From assembly GCF_036588685.1 (NCBI RefSeq), contig NC_086386.1, positions 24,800,001 to 24,864,000 on the forward strand: DNA of 64,000 nucleotides, written 5' to 3'. Position 1 is the first letter of the stretch. Each line of letters starts with the position of its first letter. A program made the translations under genes and the position numbers. The notes below the pieces were generated by a model that worked only from the letters and a program-made list of their open reading frames with translations, was not told the origin of the DNA and searched no databases. Shown piece by piece: positions 40,563 to 52,937 of the stretch. The DNA comes from Mytilus trossulus. Lineage: Eukaryota.

Positions 40563-41160
40563 ACATTTAATGTAGATTAAAAATTACACCACTCCAGGCC
40601 TTTTTATTTTCCATGTAATTAATATTGCCAATAATTAAAAATCCGGGTCGAGTCCGATACCGATACCAATAGTATATTCACCTGTTACCTTTTACCTTAT
40701 TTGTACGTGTTGCATCTGACAGGCGCACCACAAAACAGTGTATTCAGAATTAATATGCTATATAAACGGGTCATAATCACAGGGTTGACACTACTAAATT
40801 GTAAAATTGTTACCTATTGTAGTATTTCAATCAGTAAGACTTTCTAAGATAACAGTACGAATACTAAAAATCTTGACAAAAAATAAGGCGTATAGGTACA
40901 GTTTTCAATTTGTTAGCGGGTATGACGTAAAACAGCGAGTTTTTGTTTTCCAAATAATTAATATTACCAATAATTGATAAGTTCCAGTTCGACGGATTCA
41001 AACAAAAAGATTTGAAAGAAGAGAAAACTGTATCTTATAATCGGCATGACTTTATCAGATTACAATACTATAGTACTAATACTAAAAAAAGGCTTGCGCA
41101 TAGTTATATACTTTTTTTTTAATTCAGTCACAGACCTGCGATATGACGGGTGTGTTCTAG
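40563..41160 (+). mobile_element. Non-autonomous Helitron-like element, 3' part
   Basis: Ends in an imperfect hairpin ACCTGCG-ATATGA-CGGGT followed by CTAG|T at 41157-41161; 5' boundary uncertain. Confidence 0.45.
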
Positions 41161-41459
41161 TATATATATATATATATTAATATACCATGGTACATAGTAG
41201 TAGGATTGGAAGGATTGTAACTCCCATCTGTACCAAAAGAATTATTTACTAGTAAGCAGGGGCGTTATCACGATATACAACTCATTATTTGCTCGTTCAC
41301 TCCTTTTTTTATACTGAAATTATGATAAATATATGGGAGTGACCACACCTAACCATCTTTTACTGCCAAAAAATCAAACATCTGTACTGCATAATACATG
41401 TTCAATTTTATTTATATTGACATTTGATGAATACACCTGGTATGTGTTGGAGTGACGGT

Positions 41460-42380
41460 ACTGCTGGTTGAGATTTATTTCCATTAGGGTATCACCAGCC
41501 CAGTAGTCAGCACTTTTGTTCTGACATGAATTATCATTGATATGGTTATATCTATAAATTTACTGTTCACAACATTTTGAATTTTTGACATACTAAGGCT
41601 TTTCTACCTCAGACATAGACTACCTTAGCTTAATTTTAGGAACTTCGGTCCTAAATACTTTTTAACTTCATACTTTATTTGACCTTTTTAACTTTTTTGG
41701 ATTTCGTCACTGATTGGTCTTTTGTAGACGAAACGTGCGTCTGGCGTAGATACAAAATTTAGTCTTGGTATCTCTGGTGAGTTAATTCACTACCACTGCG
41801 TCGATGCCACTTCTGGGTGAGATTTATCTATGATGAGTTTATTTCCTGCCTGTTATCAAAATCTGTACATCTTACCTCCGTAACTATTTTATTGTCAATG
41901 TTGTAGACAATAAAATATGTTTTGGATTTAAATGCTCTTCAACTTTGTTCTTGTTTGGCTTTATACATATTTCGATATAAGCGTCACTGATGAGTCTTAT
42001 GTAGACGAAACGCGCGTCTGGCGTACTAAATTATAATCCTCGTACCTTTGATAACTATTTGAAATAATAGTACAAAGTTGAAGAGCACTGAGAACTCATA
42101 ATTTCAAAAAAGTTGTGCCAAATACTTCTAAAGTAATTTATTCCTGGAATAAGAAAATACTTTGTAAAAAGTTTTGTTAACCGTAAATTTATCAAACATA
42201 ACTTGTAATTGATATTCATGTCAACACCGGGGTGCTGATTTCTTGGCTGGTGATACCCTCAGGGACTAAATGTCCACAATCATTGTCATCGACCCAGTGG
42301 TGTTCATAATTATCAAAGAAACCATTGTTATTTAGTACGCTAGACGCGCGTTTCGTCTACATGAGAATCATCAGTGACTC
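41460..42380. mobile_element. Cluster of three retrozyme-type copies (two +, one -)
   Basis: Homologous to 12321-12731. Hammerhead copies at about 41705-41747 (+, core mutated to CUGAUUG), 41981-42024 (+, intact) and about 42337-42380 (-, stems partly mismatched). Confidence 0.75.
41981..42024 (+). ncRNA. Type I hammerhead ribozyme, family A
   Basis: GCGTCA CTGATGA GTCT TATGT AGAC GAAA CGCGCG TC TGGCGT; predicted cleavage after C42018. Confidence 0.88.
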
Positions 42381-42828
42381 CTTTACAATTCATTTTATAC
42401 TATAACTGGTTGGATAATTGGTATATGTGGGAGCTCCGTAACAACTTAACTTTATGATGTTTTTTTCCATTAATAATCCAAAATGATCTGATTGGGTTCT
42501 GTTAATATCTCATTCAGAATAAATTATAGAAAAGATAGTCACGGCTTCCTCTGCCTCATTATAGCACTTATACCTCAAATTTGACATACGCATTCATCTC
42601 ACAGAATCTGTGTCAAACGAGATGATTTCAATTTTGTAAAAAAAACAATTTACTCAAACTTAGTAGCAATATACCAAGTCGGATAACTTGTCCGTGTGGG
42701 AGTTAACTCGCTGTATCATATCTTACTACCTAAAATATGTAACGAAAAAAAATTATCGCTAAGTTCCGTCATAACTTTATGTACACATACATAGATATCT
42801 ATGGTAAATGTGGTAGTACATCGTTTTA

Positions 42829-45800
42829 TACGGAAGCCGATAAGGGCCATTCAAAAAAACAATTTATGTCGTAATTACGACATAGCATGTCGTAATTTTG
42901 ACATATCATGTCGTTATTACGATTCTAATTCTTTGGAATCAAGTCGTTATTACGACATCGCTATGTCGTAATTTCGACATAACATGTCGTTATAACGACA
43001 TAGATAATATTTATAATATAAGTAATAATATTAGTACTGGCATGAAAATACGGATTTACTGTGTTATTAAAATTTGCTGTTACAAAATATAAGAAATTAT
43101 TATAAATTAAGGAATGTATCTCCCTCATGCAAAGCTCTGATTCCTTTCACGGATTTGGCTATACTTTTTGGACCTTTTGGATTATAGCTCTTCATCTTTT
43201 ATATTAGCTTTGGATTGCAAATATTTTGGCCACGAGCATCACTGAAGAGACATGTATTGTCGAAATGCGCATCTGGTGCAAGAAAATTGGTACCGTTTAT
43301 TTTATTATAGTTTACCTCTACTGCAAGCTAAGCATTTCATCTCCCTTTTAATAAGCGCAAACTACATGTCTCTTTGTAATTAGGGTAAATTGAAGTGTTG
43401 ATTGCTCTAATTTACTTTCAAACGTTGGGCACCATGCTCCTACAACACGTTACACTTAAAATGCGGTGTCGAAGAGGGTTTTACATTGTTGGTTAATTCT
43501 TGTTCTGTTCGTTTTGTGATGTCATTTTATCAAAAATTACCTCGGGTTGTGGAAATCGATTTGATAATGTTTACGCTTTTTAAAGTTTTTTGAACTAAAA
43601 ATGCAGTACTGTCGCAATTAATGCAAGAAGGAAAGATGGGATGGAAGTACATGTAAACGGTTTTCCATGGTTTTTTTTATCATAGGATGTTTAACTTTCA
43701 AGGTGCATAGCATTCAGTGTGATATCATCTGTCATTGTATATTTTCTATATCTTAATTCAACCCTAATACAAATATATTGAACATTTTTACCCTTGGTTA
43801 AATTTGAATAGAATTGTATTTCCCTGGCACATATGTTGTCGAAATACACCCCTTCGATTACTTGAACCTTAGCTTGAGAATTATTTCCCAAGTTAGTCAT
43901 CTTGACTCCAGATATATACATTTTAAAATATAGAAATCAACTCCTGGATCGTCCGCGAAAACGGCAAATATTATCCTGGGTTTTTATTAATTCAATGAAA
44001 CGGTTTTCGTCGCTGTTTGGGATTTGTTTTTCAATTACCTCCATTTCATTCACAAGTTTATATTCGGACGAAAAGTTCCGGCTTGCGCTAGTACAGGAAT
44101 TGCTTTCATCAAGACATTTATACCATGAATAGCAGGACAAATCGCGGGGTAAATCATTGAATTTCCGTTAACTGGTATTTAGTCTTTTAAAACTGATGAT
44201 TGCACCTTACTGAAGTGACGCATTTAAATGATCTATTTCGGAGTACTTCCGTAACATAAATTTCCTTTCGCGTTTTACATTTAGAGGACTGTCTTGGTGT
44301 CTCAAATTTGTCTTTGCAGAAGTTGGACGAAGTTCATGTAATGGTATTTTTTCCCAATTTCATTTTTTTTTAAATAACTCGTTAAAAGCTTTATAGTTTT
44401 TCGATTAATAAAAAATGCAAAATTTAACCTGTGTCGAACCTATGTTCTCGGGCGGAGTCTATAGCAACATGCACTTTTGTTTCCGGCAGCAATCATCAAC
44501 CTCTTTTTCCGAATTTCATAAACGATTTCTTTTAATTCTCATGAACATTTAATTGAAACTTAAGCACATGCATATGTAACGTCAGAAATTAGCGTCTTTA
44601 GGATCTTAGACGTTTTAAGATGTTTGGACGAATTGGCTACCGTTTAGTAATGTATAGAAGCATTTTATTCCTTTAAGACCCGAATATGTAGTTGATAACT
44701 TGGCATTGTTTACTCCTCGTGTATCAAACTTTTGTTTTGATCAATTATAAAAAAATACGCAATATTTGCTTTGAAAAATGAAATATTAACTTGGACAAAA
44801 TGACTACCTTTTGAAAAACGACTATGTAGAGAGGATTGTATTGAATCAGCAATATTTGCACTCACATGAGGCAAATATTTGTACTTTTGTTAGTTATTAT
44901 TATTGTCTTACTCTTTTTTTCATTTTCTGCTATATCTACGTTTAGTCGTTGAGTTAACGAAAAACGTCGGACATTTTTGTTTTATTCCAGCTTAATATGC
45001 AGCCAGCGAGTCAAATGAAATTAGGTAAAATAAGTGCTTTAACGCCAAAAAGAATCGACACATGTCGTTGATCCTGACAAAAATAAAAAAGATCGGAGAA
45101 TAAGAAATAGGATCACAATACATGAGAGTTAAAACAGTTTTTCATAAATGTACCGTTGGACATCCGGGTTTTTTTCACGATTGCTTTCTTATTTTAATCC
45201 TCAAATATACTAGATATTACTTAGAATATGATCAAGAGCTGTAAAAACATAATTCAAAACATATATTAAATTTGATTTAATATTGGTTCGTGTTTTCTTA
45301 CATTTTTATTTTGTTTTTGCGGACGAAATTGAGAAGATTCTGTATTAAAACCTAGGGGTTGTAGAATCATCGTGCCCTACGTTTGAAAGTAGAAATAGAG
45401 CAAACAATACTTCATTTCACCCTCATTACAAGAAGCCATGTAGTTTACGATTATTTATAAGGAGATAGAAAGAATGGCTTGCCTCGGAAGGACGAGTCCA
45501 CTTCTCTAATAAAATTTCAATATCGACAACTTGGCAATGTTTGTGTCTATCATTTTTTTTTTTATCTGTATTCAATTCTTCAACATATATATACAACAGA
45601 TATATTACATATTACACAAAAATATCACAAGGCAATGTTTTAAGTATAATCACATATATATCTATCATGTCTTGCAGTAAATCTTTTTTACGACCGATAT
45701 TGGGATCTATAAAATATATATGCTTCTCACTGAAGGTTACCAAAGAAAGTACCCAAAGATTTTGCGACGATGCAAATATTAAACTTTAAAATATAAATAG

Positions 45801-46296
45801 AAATATTTAACCAATGAATTCAAATAACAAAAGCTATGCAATTAACAAATATATACTTATTAAGCTTCATGTAAATCATTTAACAATAAAATACATTAAA
45901 TATGAAATTTGGAGTTTTACCAAGGGAGCTATTAATTAAATAATAACACTGTCTGCAACACAGCATTTCGGGGACTCTCCCTCTGGTATCTTTCCTCCCT
46001 CTTTTATAGCTGACAATGCGGGGGCTTTTCTAATTATTGGGGGCATTATGTTGACCTATAGTTGTTAATTTTTGTGTCATTTAGTTTTTTGCTAATCATA
46101 ATACATATTCTTTTATATATAGCGATGTCGTTATTACGACAACACTATGTCGGTAAAACGACAAAGTGATGTCGTTATAACGACATGATATGTCGAAATT
46201 ACGACAAAGCTATGTCGTTATAACATGTGTAACGACATGTTATGTCGAAATTACGACATGCTATTTTTTTTTGAATGGCCCTTATCGGATTCCGTA
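42829..46296. mobile_element. Non-autonomous IS3EU-type DNA transposon (3468 bp)
   Basis: ~30-bp TIR TACGGAAGCCGATAAGGGCCATTCAAAAAAA with one mismatch; 6-bp TSD GTTTTA (42823-42828, 46297-46302); subterminal palindromic ATGTCGT...ACGACAT arrays. TAY...RTA termini with a 6-bp TSD match the IS3EU definition. Confidence 0.75.
43236..43279 (+). ncRNA. Type I hammerhead ribozyme, family B, in a ~200-bp PLE/retrozyme-like insert (about 43100-43310)
   Basis: GCAUCA CUGAAGA GACA-UGUAU-UGUC GAAA UGCGCA UC UGGUGC; all stems pair; AUC triplet. Confidence 0.85.
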
Positions 46297-49200
46297 GTTT
46301 TACCATCCTTTACTGTTTGGACTCAAAAATGTTTCTCTTAGCTCTATCACAACCTAAGTTTGACTGACTTTTGGTGGATAACTCTGACTAAATCCATATC
46401 GAATTCATTTACAGCATTGAGGTCAGGAGGGATAGAATTCAGACCAAGGTTTTCAACTTAAAATTTTTGAACAATCATCTAAATCAATTAATGAAAAAAA
46501 CGAACAAAATCGAAGGAAAATCTACAGAAATAATCTGTATGCTAAAACATTTAGAGAAGAAACTAACGGGCGTAACCATCATCAGTTTGTTTTATTGGAC
46601 ACCAAAGCCAAGCTCCAAAAACTGAACCTTATAAAAGAGAACTCCTTTATAAACGTAACAAAAAGAAATGAATGACTGTAAAATGCTAAAGCATTACCAC
46701 TAATCTGACAAAAAAACATGCATGTATAAATGGCTAGTTCATTAAAGCCAAAGCTAGATAAAACTCCAACACTCTGCACGATGTTGATTATTTACATCAT
46801 ATCATAATAAAAACTGCTTCAAACGTAAAAGCAAAGTTCTTACAAGTGGGGTCTCATTTGCAAAATGTCATCACTGGATACATGGTGCTGGTGAAAAGCT
46901 ACAAGAGTAGATATTGACCGGCTACAAGATCTATCCGGTAGTAAATAATACTTACATTTGCTTTCTACGTCCAGAGACGGACAATAACCTTTACTATAAT
47001 CTCTTGTTGCAATTCATTTAATAATTCAACAACTGAATAAGTCTCGAAACATGACTTCTGACCAAGCTGACATTTCCTTGATTGGCATGTCAAAGCACGT
47101 GAATAAAAAAAAGGACAATGTAACAGTCTAAAATGGCCTATATCCGTACTCGACTGTTCGTTCTGGTTTTCACTCGACCAGTCTGAATTGGTTTGAATTT
47201 TACTAGGAATTAATTGACCCCAGTCTTAACCGTACTCGACTGTATGGTAATGTCAAAGCAAATGGATATTAAAAGGACAATGCCAATAGCAACAAACACC
47301 ATATACACTCACAATAAGTGCAATCCTAGATGTTCTATCACTGTATCGAAAACCTGATAGGATAAAGAGATGTTCTTAAAAACACAATTTATTGAGGGAT
47401 TTTTAACATTTTTAATGTGCTGGAATCGGCAAATCTTTTAGGAATTTTTGGTCCAAATGTTCTTCAACTTCGTACTTTATTTGATCTTCTTTTTATTCTA
47501 GGTTCACTGGGGGGGTCTTTGTATACTTTACGACATAAGAGATGAGTTAAGCTTGCCAATTGTTAACTTTCCATGTCTAAGTAGCAGCGCCTTCAAACGG
47601 AGTATCTATCTCATAATTGATACGATATTCCCGTACCTGTATTTCAGATCATGATTTCATCGATAGAGGGTTGCTGCTAACAAGAAAGCTTTTAATCAAG
47701 AGTTCCAAATGTTGAAGTTCCAAACGTAAATTTTACGGACGCCATCACGGGTTGATTGAACGTTATGGAATAACCGTTTCACAGGTGATATCGTATGTGT
47801 TTCTTACGTCGAAACTACAATGAACCTACTAAATTAGACTTTTTACCGGGTTTGTTATAACATAAAAAACACTTCAGGTGCCACATGTGAAGCATTATCT
47901 GTTTACCCTTCCCGAGCAACTGAGATCATACCGAGTTTTTGGTGTTGATCGTGTTGTGAAGTCTTTAGTTTTTCTATGATATGACATGTGTCTTGTTCAT
48001 TTTCAGCCTAGGCGTTGTCAGTTTATTCTCGATATATGAGTGACTGTCCCTCTGGTATATATAAATTTCGTCTGTCTTTTCTAGACATGGAAGCGCGCAT
48101 CTGTCCCAAACCAAAACTTTCAATCCTTATATCTATACTGATTTTATTTACAACCACTGGGTCTAGGTCAATGCTAGTACAGTTCCCCGAATATATCACC
48201 AGCCGAGTAGTCAGAACTTCTGTGTTGACTTGACATTTCATTGATTCATAATTATAACTCAACTGTTTACTAAAATTTGATTTTTTTGAAAATACTAAGG
48301 CTTTTCTACGTCAGCCATATACTACCTTAGCTGTATTTTGAATTTTATTTTAGGAATTCAATGCTCTTTAACTTTTTGTAGACGAAAAATATAAAATCTT
48401 AATCCTGGGTTCTATGATGAATTAATTTCCACATACAGCCATGAATATTCCTAACAAAAAAAAAATTAAATAGTTTATAATAAGATATAAACAACTCTGA
48501 TATCACTGTCCCGGGTAAGTAAAGGGTTAGGGTTCCGCTAACATGCTTAAGCCCGCTACATTATGTATGGATTTGTGTGCCTGTCTCAAGTAAGGAGCCT
48601 GTAATTCACTGATTGCCGTATGTTCATGCGGCATATATTTGATTTTCGTTAATTTTTTTCCTTCATAAATTAGGTAGTTGTTATTCTCTTTCTGACTTGT
48701 TTTACATGTGTCGTTTTGGTACCTTTTAAAGCCGACAATGGGGTATTTGTTTTATCATTGTTTAAATTCGTAGGGTAACCTATATTTCTAATTTCCGCGT
48801 CATTTTGTCTCTTGTGGAAAGTTGTCTCAATGGCAATTTTCTTGTTCATATTCTTGTTCATATTCAGTAAAAATAGACGACAAATTTATGAAGCTAGAAA
48901 ATAGTTATTGTCACGGACGTATGAACAAAGAAGTCTCTCAGTGTTTGTTTTTACGAGCAAATAATCAACTGTCAGAAGAAATGAATTATTTATTAATCAA
49001 ACAAAACAATTAGAAAAACAATTAGATAATTTAATGTCCAAACTATCATAAATGTAGTTAAGCCCAATTTAATGTCCAAATAGCTGATGGTAATTCGTCT
49101 ATTCAGATTGCTTCACGTTATATCATAGATGCTAGTTTGGACAGACGTTTAACGGTATCTTACATCTAGGTTCTCTTCTCTTGTTATACCTCATAGTTTC

Positions 49201-50211
49201 TATCTCTGAAACAAGATTAAATTGAACTGATCTGTTGTTGCGAATAACAATGGATTTTGACGATTTTGACGGTGTGACGAGCGGTCTTTCTAGACCCCCA
49301 CCCCAGTTACCCAGTGACCATTCGACATTGGGGGTTCTGCGTGTTGGATCCGACTTTTGTTTGGAAGACCAATGTATTTGAATGGTTGGACCCCCCTTTC
49401 CTTCGAGTTGGAAACCCCCGGATGGATCAGTACATGATTGCTCCTAAAAAGGGAATTCTTAAATATTAAATTGTATTTTTGTATGTAAAGTGTGTCTGTT
49501 AGTCGGTTTTGTTTTTATTTCAAAATCAATGTTTACAAATATAGGGGTAATGATGGGGTGTAAGTGAGTTATACACCTCGGGATACGGCGTTTCTGGATT
49601 AGAAACACCTCCGGCGTCCGGCTGACGGTAATTCCTATCTAGGCATACCTATCCCTCGGTGTATATCTATGAAGTGCACGAAATTTCATAGTATAGTTGT
49701 ACGTTGAAATGTTGTTGTATGGTTTTCGTGTTGTTATATTGTGAAAACTGTAGGATTCACTCCTTAACACATCGGCATTATAGTACACGGGTGCAGGCTA
49801 GTACATGATGATTATATAATTGTACAAAAAGGGTCTCCGAGCGTTTTGAATACTTTAAAACTAACTGTAAAAAGTGGATAAATATCGTACTGCACTTACT
49901 AATGATTTGTAAACAATATGCTGACAAATTCAATCCTTCCTCTCTCTATATAGAGACATCGACAAGCATGGTCGCCTTTTTTCTTTTTGTGGTAATAGAA
50001 AATTCAAAGAAAAGGCAAGAAAATTTGACAACATAAGCGAATTTTTACTAAGGCAGTAGTGAGATAAAACCAGAAAAAGGATGAATCGTGTGAGAATAAG
50101 AAAAATATATTTATTACAAAGCGGAAACTTAAATCACTTAATAAGTTACAATTCATTAATAAGTTACAATTCATTAATAATACATACTTGGAAGATTTTT
50201 TTTTGCTTTAA

Positions 50212-50987
50212 GGATGTACACCTCTGAGGAGCCAAAAATTTCTAGAATTAAACTTTTTTTCTTAACCTGATTTTTAGGTTTATAAGACTGTAACAAAACA
50301 ATTGGTGAAGAAAAAATCATATGGTGGTGTGCTTCTTTTTTTGCTACGGCCCTTTGAAAATGCCCAATTTTGATGATTTTCTCACTTTTCATTGATTTTT
50401 ACCTATTTTTGGGCTATTATCGTGAAAAAAATCACAGTTCCACAATTAAACTTTTTTTCATACTTTCCATAAAGATGAAGTGGACCAATCTGAATAAATT
50501 TAACTTACAAAAACTATAGGTAGGTGTTAATATAAGAAAGTTTTATCATATTTTGATGCTTTTTTGTGTAAAATTTACCATACTGCCAATTTTGTATTTT
50601 TATGATTTTTCTCATTTTAAAGAACAAAATGCATATTAATTCAACTTTTTTGTTATAAATGATTGAAAAAATACATATCTAAGAAATTAGAAAAGACCAA
50701 AATGAGATGGGATGTATATTATTCTTGTAAAATCATTTTTTGTATCCCTCATCCATTTTCTCAAAATTTTGACTAAAAATACTGACTTGAATGGTCGTAA
50801 AATTTGAAAACTGGATTATTCAAAAACCGTTCATGGTAAATACACAATTTTTTCACAGAGTTATGTTTGATTATAATATTTTTAAAGTTCATTGATATTT
50901 TCCACTTCTATCATATGTTTTGGAAATAATTTAAGAACGAGATTTCAACGAGACTGAACGAGACTGAAAAGTCAGAAGAATACATCC
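50212..50987. mobile_element. Kolobok-type non-autonomous element, family 1
   Basis: TTAA on both sides (50208-50211, 50988-50991); imperfect TIR GGATGTACACCTCTGA / TCAGAAGAATACATCC. Confidence 0.75.
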
Positions 50988-50991
50988 TTAA

Positions 50992-51588
50992 GGTGGTATG
51001 GGAGTCTAAAATAAAAATGATTGATTTGTTCATACTTTTCCAAAACTTAGTATCTATTGCTATTTGTTGAAAAATATAATAAAAAAGGTTAAGTCACCGC
51101 GCATTTTCTCAAGATACAGGACGTGACAAAATTACCCCTTTTGTATGAATTATACAGCAAAAAAACATCATTTTGTAATTAGAAACTAAACAAAATGATA
51201 GAATTGTTAAATACTTTTGGAAAAGATAGCTTTCAGACAATGCTTTGAGAATTTCAAAAGAAAAGATAGGGTCACCGTAAGTTTTTTCAGGCTAAAATAC
51301 AAAACAGAAATATTCCATGAATAAATCTTTCAGAAAATGCACTGTTTTAGAGTTATCTTCCCTGAAAATGCCAATTTTAAAAAAAAATTAAAAACAACCG
51401 AAAATAATCAACGTCTGGAAAAATATTAATATTTATAAGTTATATTCTTATAAATTGGTTGTTTTAAATGAAAATTCGCAATAAATATCTGTATTCCTGC
51501 ATCAAATTTTGCTAACTTGATAGAAAATATGAACCTTTGGTTCTCTGTTTTTTTACAATCCAAGATGGAGGAAGACACCCATATCACC
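50992..51588. mobile_element. Kolobok-type non-autonomous element, family 2
   Basis: TTAA on both sides (50988-50991, 51589-51592); TIR GGTGGTATGGGAGTCT / AGACACCCATATCACC. Confidence 0.78.
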
Positions 51589-51651
51589 TTAAATGCACTT
51601 GATATCCAAAACTCGATAAAAAAAAGTATAACAATATAAAAATGGTAAACT

Positions 51652-51657
51652 TTTATT
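51652..51657 (-). promoter_or_regulatory. Polyadenylation signal of the intact C1qDC gene
   Basis: AATAAA on the minus strand about 77 nt after the stop. Confidence 0.7.
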
Positions 51658-51733
51658 AATAGTATTCACTGCTTATTATATGTTTTGGTCCACGGTATGT
51701 TGTAGGGTGATATGGTAAACTATTGTCTCATAT

Positions 51734-52110
51734 TTAGGCTATCTTAGTTACGCTGAAAGTGTTATAAACATCAAACAACTCCGATCCAAACTTCATCTGT
51801 ACAGAAATCTGCTCGTTGGCTGCCAGAACAGCGTCGATAGTTAGTGATGCCATGTTATAAGTTTTATCAGTGAAAAGCCACCCCAAAATAGTTGTTCCCT
51901 TCATTACATTAAGGTGAGCGGATTTAAAGCCAGACATCATGGTAACAGATATTATGTAAGTACCAGCTCCGTTAGTAGTTGGAACAGTAAAAACACCCGT
52001 AGCCTTATCATATCCACTATTTGCGGGAAGATTAATGTCCTTGTTGTATTTCACATTAGTTCCTGCGCTCACTGGTATGATGCCTGATTGTAATGACAGC
52101 GAAAATGCAG
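51734..52110 (-). CDS. C1qDC gene, exon 3 (globular C1q domain)
   Basis: Acceptor tttttcag|CT (phase 1); AAFSLSL...GYDKATGVFTVP...GTYIISV...VLAANEQISVQM...YNTFSVTKIA*; joins exon 2 in frame to give 432 nt, 143 aa. Confidence 0.88.
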
Positions 52111-52937
52111 CTGAAAAAGATTTACAATACATTATGAGAAAGGAAAAAGTATACACATACATTAACGAACATATAGTATGCCTTTTAAAAATCATTTGAC
52201 CTTAAATAATTTATAAATCAGAGAGAGTGTGATAGCCGCTTCGAAATAGCATTGTCAACCAGGGCGAGTCAACATAGACAATATTTTCATCCGTTACTTT
52301 TAAAAATAATAAGAAATGTGACAAAAGTGACGAGATGTGTGTTATTCATGTAAACCCTTATAGGTAGGGCAAACGTTCTCCTTCGTATTAACCAATCAAA
52401 ATCTGTTATTTCATGTCAGATTAATTACCGATTGATACCATTTAGCAACACGTTATAAGAAATTTTGAAATTATATACATATTTAACGAGTTCATTACAG
52501 TAAATCCATTTTGCTGCATTTCAAAGCTTTTGTGTTTAGAGTTGTACATGATTGTGCTAGCAATATGAACTTTATTCTTTCTCTTCAAAACAAATATTTC
52601 AAAATCTGTTTGTAAAGTAAGTATAGAAGGAATTGGTTACCGTTACATTTTTGTAATGCTAATATAAGGATCAATAGACGAAGTTAATCTTTAAAATGAT
52701 AAAAGAAAAACTTTGAAGCTCTCGTCAGGCAATTTGTTTAGTATATATGTTTTATATATTCTGGGAAGAAAGCTTGGCTATCTAAGTTACAAAATGTATA
52801 AATTTATGATAATTGCATATAGTTTAATTATGAGCACAAATTTTGTCTATGGGGGACAAACGTTGTCATTATAAAACAAGTTAAGATATCAAAACTTCTA
52901 TTTTTAGTGTCGATTCAGCAATATGAATTGAATTATT

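Noticed and set aside
41705-41747. Active hammerhead
   Set aside because: Core mutated to CUGAUUG; the copies at about 1130, 11310, 39285, 39580, 47505 and 48090 are likewise truncated or degenerate.
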